Of a stretch of DNA of 64,000 bases, positions 25,671 through 38,749 are shown piece after piece. Under the pieces are notes generated by a model. It searched no databases, was not told where the DNA came from, and worked only from the letters and a program-made list of their open reading frames with translations. Positions within the stretch are counted from its first letter, which is position 1; every line of letters begins with the position of its first letter. The stretch is from Macrostomum lignano (taxonomy: Eukaryota): assembly GCA_002269645.1 (NCBI GenBank), contig NIVC01000718.1:7662-71661 (forward strand). The letters are read 5' to 3'. The position numbers and the translations under genes are program-made.

Positions 25671-26571
25671 GCTAATCTTAGCTCCTACAAAAAAGTGGCC
25701 CTATTCAGAAGTTGTACTTAAATTTCTTTTTCTGTTCAAATTTAGAAATTTCATCATTCAGTCAGTAATACCTTCGAATAATTTGGTAACTTATCGCATC
25801 CCATCGTATCGCATCATGATGAAGTCAGCTTCTGAATAAAATTAACGGCTTGTGTTTTTGTGTTGCGGAATGCGGGTTAATTGTGCGTTTTATCAATAGT
25901 TTTTTGCACATTTCTACTCATAGTAAAGTAGTTAGCTAAATAAAGGTATAATTTGTTTTCCTGTTTAATTGCGTCCTGTTGACTTTAATATCCAGGGTAG
26001 TAAGTGCACGTTTAATATGAGTCTTTGTAGCTCTTTGTGTCAACTAACGTTTGAAATGACTAAACAACTTTTTGGTTCAATAAAAAACTAATTCTATTAT
26101 TAGTATATCATGCCTGCTAATTGGTGTGTACACAAATGTTTATATTGTAATTCTTCAATGCATTCGAGTTTATATTCACCACCTATCAGTTTGCACAAGT
26201 ACGAGAAATGAAAGTCTTTGTGATTGTTTGTCTTGCGCGAAGACTAGTTACAGTTTCCTGTTGCTGTTGAGTGGCCCAGCATGATCCATCTGCTTAGTTT
26301 GTCACCCCAATGCAATATTATTTTATGCAAATATATATATTTATTTATTGATGACAAGTTGTGCAATACTTGTGCGCACCAACGAATCAGTATGTTTGAT
26401 AATTTTCTGAATCGCTCTTGGTCTTATTTACTCAGACAGACACGGCAGGCAGGCAGGCAGACACATGCACAGAAAGACATATAGAATGGACAGACACAGG
26501 CAGACAGATAGAAAGACAGGCGGACAGACAGACAGACCGACAGACAGACAGACAGACAGGTTGGCAGACAC

Positions 26572-26740
26572 ACTGCCAGCCGACGTTGGCCAGCGAGACG
26601 TTTGCCAGCCGACGTTTGCCTGCGAGACGTTTGCCAGCCGACGTTTGCCTGCGAGACGTTTGCCAGCCGACGTTTGCCTGCGAGACGTTTGCGAACCGAC
26701 GTTTGCCAGCGAGACGTTTGGCAGCCGGACATTTGCAGGC
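26572..26740 (+). repeat. 14-bp array CGACGTTTGCCAGC
   Basis: About 11 units; an inverted counterpart lies at 27520-27655. Confidence 0.9.
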
Positions 26741-27519
26741 GGCAATTGGTTAAAGAAGTATGCCCTCTCTAGGCTTACAGGTACTTGCGTTTGAAAACTG
26801 TGGGCATAGCACTTATCTAATTCCACCTCGCTCCCTACTACTGCTAATAAATATACAGGTTACTAACAAACTACTGTTCAGGCTTATTGAAGCTATTACT
26901 CTTGTCTGCCTAAATAGGAAGGTAAAAATGCAAAATAGGAGTTTCCATCGTCACAGTTGGTGTCGTCTATGTATGCCATGTTATGGCCCTTTCCATCTCA
27001 GTACGTGGCCAAACAAGCTTAGTGTTTACAAGCTAAATGGGAAAAGACTGAGACATCCATAATGGTATTGGCCTAGTCTCGCCTATATATACTTAACTCA
27101 AAAGCCAAACTTTGCTTAACAAGCTGCATTGGAATTAATTCGCTTTTGGATCTCCCAATGAACTGGGAAATATATAAGACAGAATTATCGTTCAGCAGTT
27201 CTTTTATTTGCTCAAAACTTGGCTCGCTGGAGATTCCCGTTTAAATTTGCGTGTCTTCATTCGCAAATCAAAAATGAAACATCTCAAACTGGGAAAAGCG
27301 ATACAAAACTGTCAGAAGTAAACTTTATAATATTTTCACATTCAAAGAAATTGTTGTGAAACTAGATGCTAGATTGATGAACTGCATAATTTGTACAGAT
27401 TTTGTTTTCGAACTTTTATACATGCGAATAACCGTCAAAAAGTTGGACTAAAAAAACTTCTTTTCAACCCGCTAAACTGCGAATATTTCAGCATCAAATT
27501 TTTCCCTCACTGACTTAAT

Positions 27520-27655
27520 GTTGGCTGGCAAACATCCCGCTGGCAAACGTCGGCTGGCAAACGTCGGCTGGCAAACGTCGGCTGGCAAACGTCGGCTGGC
27601 AAACGTCCCGCAGGCAAATGTCGGCTGGCAAACGTCCCGCAGGCAAACGTCGCTA
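27520..27655 (-). repeat. 14-bp array GCTGGCAAACGTCG (inverse of the 26572 array)
   Basis: About 9 units. Confidence 0.9.
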
Positions 27656-28248
27656 TCCCGAAAAATCACAACTCCAAAAGTGCTAGCAAATGCCTAACGC
27701 TATTTTGGTTTTCGGAGTTGTGATTTTTCGGGTTTATGATGGGAAGTGCTTCAAGACAGGAATTAAAAGTGTAGGCGCAGGTGCGTTCATATTTTTCTAA
27801 GAAACAGGATGTCTTCCCTTGGTACAGCCGTCGCATCTTGCGATCCTTCCCTGTTTTGCTACATGTACATGTACAGTGTGTACTGTACAAGCCTAATGTA
27901 ATACATTATGCAGTTTTGAAATTCTTAATAAAAACTTAATTAAAAAACTTTATAATTCTGGATGTGTTTTTTACCATAATGTGTAGACCGGCCACTCAAT
28001 TTTTATCAGTCGTGGCCAACGGGCCAATTGTATAGATGCGAAGAATGCATGGGGTAATTATCATGTATATTATCAGCAAGTTATTGTATTGAAGAATTAC
28101 GACCGACGACTATATCAGGCTATAATTCTAGCATGCAGCTACCATGCGTTTTGGCATGAAAACATGAATAAGACATGAAATTTGTTTCAGTTGCAGGTAA
28201 ATTGGTAAATTTTCAAGCTGGTCTAGCTATTACCACCCGCCACCCAGA

Positions 28249-29214
28249 TCAGCAATAGGTAAGGTTGGCACCAGGTGACACATCCATGGAGTTGTTCAAT
28301 TGGCTCTGCATTATGCACAGCCGGCGCCAGTGGACTGGCAGGTACTGGTCCTGATAGGACCTGGCAACAGCTGCAGCTGACAGAACCAGCAGCAGGCAGA
28401 ACCAGATCAGGCCCTGGCGGATCAGCACCGGCCGGAGAGGCCCCAGCTTCGGTGGCCGGCCCGGGTCGAACTCGATGGCGCTGTCGTAGGGCCCAGAATA
28501 GACGCGAGACTCGCGACGGATGCGACGCGGCCTGGGCGGCAGGATGGCTTGCTCAGAGTCCACTGCGGGCTGCTCATCGGCAATCAGCGGCGACCTGGCC
28601 GACAGAGTCGAGTTGGCCCTCTGCCCGGTGATTCGACCGGCCGCTGCGCGGACCTCCTTGTGCCAGTTGGTGCGCCAGATGATCAGCCAGAACACGAAGG
28701 TCTCGCCTGTTAAACCGATGAGAAGGCCGACCCAGAAGCCGCTGATCTGCATCGGGGTGAGCAGACTCAGCGGAATGCCGATGGGCAGGGCCACCAGGTA
28801 GTACGCGACAATGTTGACAATCGCACCAATCAGCTGACGGCCGCTGCCCTTCAGCACACCGGATGCCGTGGCGGACAAGCCGTCGGCGTACGCGAACGGG
28901 GCGTAGACGGTGAGGATCTCTCCGGTGGCCTCCAGAACCATCGGGTCGCTTGTAAACAGGCTGGCAACTTGCTTCTGGCAGGTGGCGAACACGATGCACA
29001 GTATCGTTGACGTAGTCAGAATCATGGTGACTGCCACTCTGTACGTGTGCTTCGCTTTCTCCACCTGTCTGGCCCCGATGTGCTGCCCGACGCGGATGTT
29101 CACGGAGATTGACATGCCCAGGGAGACCATGTAGGATAGAACGCCGCACTGGAAGAGAATGCCCTGAGAGGCCAGTTGCAATGTGCTGATGCTGCCAGCG
29201 ATGAAGGTGCCGAC
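28249..29214 (-). CDS. SLC47A: MATE multidrug and toxin extrusion transporter, exon 3 (C-terminal half including a 13th TM helix)
   Basis: CCCTCAG acceptor in phase 0; VGTFIAGSISTLQLASQGILFQ, SISVNIRVGQHIGA, SGVLKGSGRQLIGAIVNIVAYYLVALP and WRTNW are MATE motifs; TGA at 28249-51. Confidence 0.93.
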   Translation of the reverse strand, partial: VGTFIAGSISTLQLASQGILFQCGVLSYMVSLGMSISVNIRVGQHIGARQVEKAKHTYRVAVTMILTTSTILCIVFATCQKQVASLFTSDPMVLEATGEILTVYAPFAYADGLSATASGVLKGSGRQLIGAIVNIVAYYLVALPIGIPLSLLTPMQISGFWVGLLIGLTGETFVFWLIIWRTNWHKEVRAAAGRITGQRANSTLSARSPLIADEQPAVDSEQAILPPRPRRIRRESRVYSGPYDSAIEFDPGRPPKLGPLRPVLIRQGLIWFCLLLVLSAAAVARSYQDQYLPVHWRRLCIMQSQLNNSMDVSPGANLTYC

Positions 29215-30317
29215 CTGAGGGAGAAAAATTGAAGCACATGTACATTTAGATACCATAGTATAGTGTGGATCATACAATACATGCAAACGTGTGCCCTCGG
29301 GTTACGCTCGTACTACACTATCGGTAAAGGAATCAGCAACATGCCCCCCGAACTTACTCTCGAACTCACCCAATTATTAATTATTAAATGATTAATTTTT
29401 AATTTATAATTATAAATGTGGAAACCGCCTATGTGGAAACACTAGTCAATGCACTTTTCTGCAGTCGGGATGCAGATGATGCAGAAGGATATACCATTGT
29501 CAAACACAACCGGCGAGAGGCATTACTGCCCATTCCGCCGACTCCCCTGAGCAGGCACACAATCGCGCGGATACGTACGCAGTCATACGCACAGGCACAC
29601 ACTCACACAGGAGTGTACAGCGGCCCGAACTTTATTTATCGTTAGGAATGTACACTTCACTGTGCCTTGGGGGTTGGGCCACGAGAACGTTTATTGCACG
29701 AGCAGAGCCAAGCCGAGATTCCATTTTAGCCCCAAATCATTGCCAGACCACGAAGACTACGACGCCCGGCCATACATGTACACGTATGTCTTTAATGCGA
29801 GATTCAGTGTGCATGAATCACGAGCATGCAAAAGTTCTGTCAACTTGCCGCCGCCGTGACATCCTGATCACCAGCTGATCACCAGCAGGCATTCAGAACC
29901 CCCAGTCGCAACTGGATTCAGATGTATTCTGGCATTCGGGCACCCTTGCTGAACTTTTCGAAGTCTTTACAAAGTCTCAGACATGCTCGGAGGGGTTCTG
30001 GAGACATATCTGGAACGATGTAGTGCAGTGTTGTTCGTCTTGAAGAACACAGTTCTGTGCAGGCTGCCCAAGGTTGCCGTAGCAAATTTAACAGGAATTG
30101 CTGCTGTAACAGCTCTGCGAATTACTTATTTACCTACTTGTAGTAATGTAGTTGCTAAATGTAGTAGTATGTAGCTTGCATACTCAATGGTGATTGTACA
30201 ACGAGGACCCAAACAATCAGATTTCGATCTTTGTTTGACAAAGTTTAGAAACTTTCTGAGTTGCAACACATCACAAATGACGTCCTAAAAGACTCTCGGG
30301 GGTTTGCGCAGGCTCAC

Positions 30318-31228
30318 CTCATAACAGAATTCCTCCAAAGCAACCAGCAAGAGTCCCGGCACCGCCAGCCGAACAAATCCTTTAATATCGTAGAGAGCCT
30401 CCAGGGTCCAGCCGTCCCAGGTTTCCTTATAGACTCCCGACACGCGGATGTAGATGATGAGGCTGGCGCACATCACCATCAAGGACGCAGCCTGGCAGGC
30501 AGCCGACGCCTCGTACTGATAGCCCAGCACGTAGATAGCCACGTACTGGGACATCGCGTTGACCAAGTTGCCGATGAAAGCGCAGATGAGCGGCGGAGTC
30601 ACCCGGTTCTGGGTCTGCATGTACCGGGCCAGCACTAGGAATGTGTAGTCAAAGAACACGCCCGGCATGAAGATCAGGATGTAGTGCGAGGCCATATCGC
30701 TGACCACTGGGTCCTGGCCTAACAGTAGCAACAGCGGTTTCATGTGCAGGTGCAGGCAGTACACAGGAACCAGGAACATGTACATAACGATCAGACTGCG
30801 TTGCAGGTAGATACCGACTCGTTTTTTGTAGGCGCTGCCGTAGGTCTGGGCGAAGTAGGTGTCGCAGCCGGTTGACAGGCCCAGGCCGATTCCCATGCCA
30901 GCCACGTTGATGAGAGTGCAGGCTAGAGCGGCAGCATCCAGCTGCTCCTTGGACAGGTGGCCGCACATGATCACGCTGATTGTCTGCAGGAACACCTGGA
31001 AGAAGCAGGTAAGAAATGCTGGCAAATGCAGTTTGGAAAGTGCGCGAAATTCTTTCCAGTAGCCCAGTGGGAAGAATCTCTGGCCGAATCTTGTTGGCAA
31101 CGACAGTAGCCCGCCGCGAGCCGGCTGCGAGCCCGGCCACGAATGACGTGTAGCACCGCTGCGGGGAAATTTTTGGGCGTGTTTTATGTCAGCGTTTTGT
31201 TGACTGACGAACAGGTGTGGCGCGCTCT
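30318..31228 (-). CDS. SLC47A: MATE transporter exon 2
   Basis: EFRAL, MCGHLSKEQLDAAALA, GLSTGCDTYFAQTYGS, GIYLQRS and EEFCYEV; AATCAG acceptor in phase 1 and GTGAGC donor in phase 0; 2 nt plus 303 codons. Confidence 0.93.
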
Positions 31229-31259
31229 CTGATTTTAGACTTTAAACTTTGTTAGACAT

Positions 31260-31680
31260 GTTGCTGTTGTTGTCGGTGGTGGTATTGTTGGTGCTGTTGT
31301 GGGTGTTGTTGTAATTTTCGGTCTTGTGGGTGTTTTTGTTCGGATGTTTGTCTTGTGGGTGTTGTTTTGTGAATGTTGGCGCTGTGGATGTTAGGGCTGT
31401 AGGTGATGTTGTAGATGTTTGTGGTGTTGTTGCTGTGGATGGATGTCGGTGTTGTGGCTGTTGATGTTGTGGGTGTTGTTGTTGTGGATTTTGATGTTGT
31501 GGGTGTTGTTGCGGATGTTGGTGTTGTGGGTGTTGTTGTTGTAGATGTTGGTGTTGTGGGTGTTGTTGTTGTGGATGTTGGTGTTGTGGGTGTTGTTGTT
31601 GTGGGTGTTGGTGTTGTGGGTGTTGTTTTTGTGGATGTTGGTGTTGTGGGTATTGTTGTAGATGTTGGTGCTGTTATTGG
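31260..31680. repeat. (GTT)-rich degenerate repeat in MATE intron 1
   Basis: Lies between the acceptor at 31229 and the donor at 31737. Confidence 0.85.
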
Positions 31681-31737
31681 TGCTGGGCCCTGTCTGGTGG
31701 TGCTACCAGTCACCAACAGACCACACAGGCAACTTAC

Positions 31738-31741
31738 TCAT
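31738..31741 (-). CDS. SLC47A: Predicted 4-nt coding part (ATG-A) of MATE exon 1
   Basis: Minus strand reads GGA ATG A|GTAAGT; phase 1 matches the exon 2 acceptor; exon 2 has no in-frame ATG before TM1 and an in-frame TAA upstream. Confidence 0.6.
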
Positions 31742-32759
31742 TCCCTGACTGAACAGACCCGTACTGATTCGGGTTCAATCGAAGTGAATCTTCTGGCAAG
31801 TTGTCTGCAGACATGGATGAGTTGTCGTGTCTTTACCTGGACAAGCCTTGCTTCTTGTTTGCATTGTAATAACCGTTTATATAACCCCTTGACGACATTA
31901 TTATTTCCAATCGAGTCAACCTGACCCACTATGCATACCTTGAGCAGCAATTTTCCTTATCTCTAATCGCAAAACCCGAAACCGAACTATAAAAAATTCG
32001 AATTCTTCTACAAAAGCAGAAGTGTTGCAGATTTTACTAAATCGTGAGTAAGGGAGTTTGCGAGTCGAGTAAGCGACCCGCGCTATCAAGATCAGAACTG
32101 CTTGATACTACCTGTGGGTAGCTGTGGGCTAGATAAACCCATGCAAGATCTCATGCGATATGATTAGACTTTGGTCTCGAGGTCAGCCTAATCTCTGTTT
32201 AACAGAGTGCGTCTTACTCGCTTGTCGGTGCGCGCCTTTTATCTGGAAGTCTTGCGCCCATTTTCATAGAAAGAAACCGACTTTACGCCCGGAATTTTTG
32301 AAACTGTTCCTGTACTTTTCCGGCTTCTCTAACTGCATGAAAACTGCGAGATATCTATAGTTGAGGTCTGTAAGATAATCTAGATGAGATTTATAAGATA
32401 TCTAAGTGAGATCTATAAGATATCTCGCTGAGATCTACAAGATATCTAGCGAAGATCTACAAGATTTATATCTATGATCTTTAAATCATTATAAGATTCT
32501 ATAGTCATTTCTCAGCTGGGAACGTTCGTTGCCTGAACGAAATTTGAGTTACATATAAGTCCATGAATTCTAAAGTTATCCCAAAAATTTATTCAAATAG
32601 AATAATTTCCAAACAAATGTCAAATTAATCAATTTTCTGAGAGCAAAACAGCTGAGCCAAGAAGCTCAAGGATTAACTTCATTATCTGAGCTTCGAATCC
32701 TTGTTGTTCTTTTTTGGACAAGCAAAGCTTAAAGTATCAATTGCTGACCCGAAAAGCTC

Positions 32760-33440
32760 CAAACCCTCATATAAACCCCACACCCATTCAAAACCCTCAG
32801 ATAAACCCAACACCGATTCAAAGCCCTCAGATAAACCCCACACCCATTCAAAACCCTCAGATAAACCCCACACCTATTCAAAACCCTCAGATAAACCCCA
32901 CACCCATTCAAAACCCTCAGATAAACCCCACACCCATTCAAAACCCTCAGATAAACCCCACACCCATTTGAAACCCTCAGATAAACCCCACACCTATTCA
33001 AAAACCTCAGATAACCCCCACACCAATTCAAAACCCTCAGATAAACCCCACACCTATTCAAAACCCTCAGATAAACCCCACACTCTTTCAAAACCCTCAG
33101 ATAAACCCCACACCTATTCAAAACCCTCAGATAAACCCCACACCTATTCAAAACCCTCAGATAAACCCCACACCTATTCAAAACCCTCAGATAAACCCCA
33201 CACCTATTCAAAACCCTCAGATAAACCCCACACCCATTCAAAACCCTCAGATAAACCCCACACCCATTCAAAACCCTCAGATAAACCCCACACCTATTCA
33301 AAAACCTCAGATAACCCCCACACCCATTCAAAACCCTCAGATAAACCCCACACTCTTTCAAAACCCTCAGATAAACCCCACACCCATTCAAAACCCTCAG
33401 ATAAACCCCACACCCATTCAAAACCCTCAGATAAACCCCA
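32760..33440. repeat. 30-bp minisatellite AAAACCCTCAGATAAACCCCACACCTATTC
   Basis: About 22 units; the SKPSDKPHTY ORF is an artefact. Confidence 0.95.
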
Positions 33441-33989
33441 GACACTTCCAAATGATCTTTTTTTCGCTTTACTACCGAATAATATTTATCGATTGAAGCA
33501 GCTTCTAAGCATCTTCTCAAATATTATTTACTAGTTATAATAATTATTGAGAGTATTATAGTCAAACTCAGAGAAGCCTTCGAAAGGATCCCCGCTGAAC
33601 TCTTATCTATCTGAGACCGTGAAAATATAGATTCCCTCTCAGCCTTCAACCCATCCCATGACTCGGCCGCTTTAATGTTTATGACTGTTGCTGGGCAGTA
33701 AGTGCACGGCCTCCCGCTGCACTAATGTAAGCTGCTATTAATTATTGATGGGGCATGCCTTTGCTCGAGCCAGAATCACCGATGATTATGCTAAACGTAA
33801 GATGTGGAAATTAATTACTAGTTGGTATGGGATTCGGCGTAAAGCCAAGGGAATGGAAAGTTCAATTTTAAGATTTTTTCGTAGATTTTCCCACCGACTA
33901 ATTGGAACCGAGGGTGGCTGCCCGCCGGGATTTATTCGATTGGCACTACTACACTGGTCTGTTTACCTGTTCGCTCCTGCCTGTGGCCT

Positions 33990-34465
33990 CCTCTCCACCG
34001 ACTCCCGCTCCATCTCTCTGTATCTACCGCTTCCTCTCTCGCTCTCCCCCTCTCTCCTCTCTCTCTCCCCCTCTCTCCTCTTGCTCTCCTTCTCTCCCTG
34101 CCTCTCTCTCTCCCCCTCTCTCCTCTTGCTCTCCTTCTCTCCCTGCCTCTCTCTCCCCCTCTCTCCTCTTGCTCTCCTTCTCTCCCTGCCTCTCTCTCTC
34201 CCCCTCTCCCCTCTTGCTCTCCTTCTCTCCCTGCCTCTCTCTCTGCCTCTTCTTCTCTCTCTGTCTCTCTCTCCTTCCTTCCCCCCTCTCCCTCCTTCTC
34301 TCCCTCTCCTCCCTCTCACTCTCCCTCTCTCCCCCTCTCACTCTCCCTCTCCTCCCTTTCTCCCTTTCCCTGCTTCACTCCAACTCTCACTTCCTCTTTC
34401 CCTCTCTCTCTTTCCCTTTCTCCCTCTCTCCGTCTCTCCCTCTTAGTCTCCTCTTTTTCTCCTCA
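33990..34465. repeat. CT-rich low-complexity tract
   Basis: Visible directly. Confidence 0.9.
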
Positions 34466-35264
34466 CCGTTAGTGTGACCATTAGTTTTTACAAATATTTA
34501 TTATTTTTTTATACATTTGTTAATTAATAACGTGGCTCGTAGAATCATACATAATAACCTTAAATACATAGCAAACGAGCGTAAAAGTACACAGCATCAA
34601 AGCTTCATCATATCCCACAGGATATGAACCCGAGAAGGACCCCAACAGCTCCAGATCCTTGTGAGCATTAATATTCTGTTGCTGAAACAGAAATTGTGCT
34701 AGCAAAATATACAGGGTCTCTTCTGTTATCCCCAGAGAACTGAAGATTGCTGATCCCGATTGGCGAAGGAAAGACACAAATTTAATTTTTATACAAGCTC
34801 ATCCCGGATCCGAGGAGCCTTGATGAGGCGTCATTATCTTGTGTGAGGCTTAAACTGATTTCTCAACTCAAGAAATTCAACTGCTCTCTGAGAGGATAAA
34901 TATAGATTGCAAAAAAACTCTGCGTTTGCCTCGTTACCGATCGGGGAGAGCCATCATCCCGAGTGTCCAGGCACCGCTGTGAGCAAATAGAATAATATGT
35001 ATCTGCTATAGAGCGATCAACTGGCAAGTACAAGGCGTAATGTTCTTCAGCTGTTTGGATTTCTGCGACTTTCTGCCGCAGCCACGCACAACCTAATCTG
35101 ACTATAGGCTGAATTATGCATAAAGAATATTCAAGCGCGTCTTCTGAGATCCCAACTAGCAGCTGCTTGCCGGCTGAGGCAATTTTTCTGCTACTAGGGG
35201 AGTAAGAACTATTCAATACGGTGGTAATTCACTAGTACTGAATATTGACTTCTTTTTAGTATAT

Positions 35265-36170
35265 AGTCATGATGATTATTGTCACTCTATCCAGTGACTC
35301 ATGATGATTAGTGTCACTCTATCTAGTGACTCATGATGATTATTGTCACTCTATCTAGTGACTCATGATGATTGTTGTCACTCTATCTAGTGACTCATGA
35401 TGATTATTGTCACTCTATCTAGTGACTCATGATGATTATTGTCTGTCTCTATCTAGTGACTCATGATGATTATTGTCACTCTATCCAGTGACTCATGATG
35501 ATTATTGTCTGTCTCTATCCAGTGACTCATGATGATTATTGTCACTCTATCTAGTGACTCATTCTGATTATTGTCTGTCTTTATCTGGTGATTCATGATG
35601 ATTATTGTCTGTCTCTATCCAGTGACTCATGATGATTATTGTCTGTCTCTATCCAGTGACTCATGATGATTGTTGTCACTCTATCTAGTGACTCATGATG
35701 ATTATTGTCACTCTATCCAGTGACTCATGATGATTATTGTCTGTCTCTATCTAGTGACTCATGATGATTATTGTCACTCTATCTAGTGACTCATTCTGAT
35801 TATTGTCTGTCTTTATCTGGTGATTCATGATGATTATTGTCTGTCTCTATCCAGTGACTCATGATGATTATTGTCTGTCTCTATCCAGTGACTCATGATG
35901 ATTATTGCCTGTCTCTATCTAGAGACTCATGATGATTGTTGTCACTCTATCTAGTGACTCATGATGATTATTGTCACTCTATCCAGTGACTCATGATGAT
36001 TATTGTCACTCTATCTAGTGACTCATTCTGATTATTGTCTGTCTTTATCTGGTGATTCATGATGATTATTGTCTGTCTCTATCCAGTGACTCATGATGAT
36101 TGTTGTCACTCTATCTAGTGACTCATGATGATTATTGTCTGTCTCTCTGTCTAGTGACTCATAATGAATA
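35265..36170. repeat. 32-bp minisatellite TAGTGACTCATGATGATTATTGTCACTCTATC
   Basis: About 28 units with AGTGAC/GTCACT inverted hexamers. Confidence 0.95.
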
Positions 36171-36759
36171 TTGTCTGCCTATATTGAGTTGTTATGATTG
36201 CTGACTCATTGTCGCTAACAATGATTAATGCCTCTCTATATCTACATTTAGTACCGTAATCCGAGCGTAAGTAGACATGAGTCATTCCAGATGTACACAT
36301 TTCCCGATTATTTTAGACTAATTCACGTTTCTATTGTAGATCAGCTTTGGAGCAGCAAGTGTGGCTGCAGACTAGGTTTAGAAATAGTTTAGTTATTCAG
36401 CCAAAGGGACGAGCTTAGCGCAGGGCTGACAGTCAGCCAATGAGGCGAGCTCTGCAACTGGTCGAGTGCTTCTGCCCCCGGATACAACTAGCAGGAACCG
36501 GTGTCCACTGCTGCCGCCGCTGCTACAGTCCACTGATTCCCAATCAGTGCCTCATTTGCTCATATTGGAATCAAATTCAATCGTAACTTTATATCTGAGA
36601 AGTATTTTTGTCTCTATCTTGACGGAGTTATTCCGACTATTGACGATCAACTAGGCAAGTGAGTTGTGAAAAATTCTTTTATTGACAACGTATTACTTTA
36701 TTTGTTTTATCATACTCATTTGGCTTAATTTTGCGTCTCTGTTGATGACTGATTTCTGC

Positions 36760-37160
36760 GTCTTGTCTGACAAATTTCGGGATATTTTCTGATACATTTT
36801 TGGCGCTTCTTCTGACACACTTTTAGCATCTTTTCTGACAAATTTTTGGCGCTTCTTCTGACACACTTTTGGCGCTTCTTCTGATACACTTTTGACGCTT
36901 CTTCTGACACACTTTTAGCGCTTCTTCTGACACACTTTTGACGCTTCTCCTGACAAACTTTTGGCGCTTCTTCTGACACACTTTTGACGCTTCTCCTGAC
37001 AATTTTGGCGCTTCTTCTGACCCATTGTGGCACATTTTCTGACACATTTTTGGCACCTCTCTGAGACTTTTTGATGCATAATTTGACATCGTGTCCCCTG
37101 GCCACTCTCGATCTTCTGACACTTTTTCGGCCACTTTGGCGAGTTTTTCTGACAATTTTG
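36760..37160. repeat. Degenerate ~24-bp repeat TTTTGGCGCTTCTTCTGACACACT
   Basis: Visible directly. Confidence 0.85.
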
Positions 37161-38749
37161 ACTGTATATTGACACTCAGACAGTTGCCGGGGGCATATTT
37201 TGAGACAGGTTGATGTTGATGTTTCGTCTTTGTTTACATTAATTAAGGTACTCTCTGGAACCGTTATTATCCCTAATCCAATGCTCCCCTTCTTGTATTC
37301 CCATTTCTTTAATCCCTACCCTACTCTTTCTCTCTAGCTCTAAATCCTTTGACTTCGAACGGAAACAACAAGCCAACAAAACTTAATGGCTTGCGTGATT
37401 AGCGGGTCCGAAAACACTCAGTAGGAGTTCAATCAACTTGAGCAAGTCTTCTATTTTTGATCGCCCTCTGTAAGAAAATAAAGACACACTCGACACTGAG
37501 CGTGTAAGGCGTCAAGTTTAATCATGTTACTCAGCCTTGTCTTCTGAATCCATCAGAGACATAGACGGGAAGTCCAGGCGGTCTCCCGGGATCAGCTTAC
37601 TTGTCCGAGACTCACGCTACCGCCGCGTTGTCTGCGTCTTTTCTTTCTCTTTAGAAAACCCTCCGGACCAGAATTAATCAACTGAACTTCGCTCTTCACT
37701 CAGTCTCTTCTAAGCGTCATCTTCATCGCATCACGCACGGCCACAGTCTTACCAAGTCGCTAAAGTGGCGATTCATCGAGCACTGAGAACTTTGTATCCG
37801 GTGTTGAAAGTTTGATGCTTCTGGTGAATCGGGAGTGGGTTTTTAAGCGTTTTTTTAAGCGACATCGTCCCACTACCAGTGCTGACGGCGATTCTCTTGA
37901 GCACCTACAAGACACGCACTCACACCCTCAGAATTTCGACGCAACGTTGCTTGGATACACTTGGATCTACTTTGGCAAATATGAGAAAATGTATCAATGG
38001 AGGAATTTCATCGACTTGCACTCGTTCAGCTGGACTAGTAGAGAGTTCACGCGGTGAAATATCTTTAGCCGAGTGTCCATCGCAAAATCAATACCTATAG
38101 TAGTCCCTGCGGCTAGTTTCCAATCCAAGTTTCCATTGCAGAACTCCATGGCTCTATAGCGAATAGCTGCCTTAGAACATTTTTTTACAATCAAACAGAC
38201 AGACATGTAGGCGCAGACGGGTTCCAGGGTCGCATTGGCATGTGCATTTTCGATCCCTGGCCCCCACAGGTAGCCATGCAGCCTCCGTCCTGCGGCTGTC
38301 TCCAGGAATTTCACTTTGAGGTCATAAAACTATGGCGCATGTGACGGCAGCGGCCAACCCCCCATTTAGTATAGGCTGAAGCTGTCGATGTGAAGACCGA
38401 ATGCGAAGCCAAGTCTGCACAACCGGAAGGGGAAATCCTTAGCATGCAGCATGAGAAACGAGAAACGCACAGCATAGCAAAGCATCTGCGCCACTAATAA
38501 TTCTTATTACGCTCAACTGCACGCAGTGGAACTCACTCTGGTCTTGTTTAAGCGTTCTCTCCGTCTCTACTCTCTTACTTTATCGGTCAGCCTCAAGTTG
38601 CGATATAAATATAGAGCTTGCGATTAAATTAGATCAGTCACACTCGAGTGCGAATTCAAGTATCCTGCCAACTAGGCGCTTGTCTGCTTGATTGCGGCCT
38701 GCTCCAGAGGGGCAACGCTTCTGCTGGACATTTTGCAGCTCCACTGCTT

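Noticed and set aside
31252-31716. Mucin-like Thr/Pro ORF
   Set aside because: It lies inside the predicted MATE intron 1 and is a (GTT)-rich repeat.
34815-34860. Hammerhead-like TGATGAG...AAAC
   Set aside because: The core lacks the invariant C of CUGANGA and the GAAA, and stems I and III are not evident.
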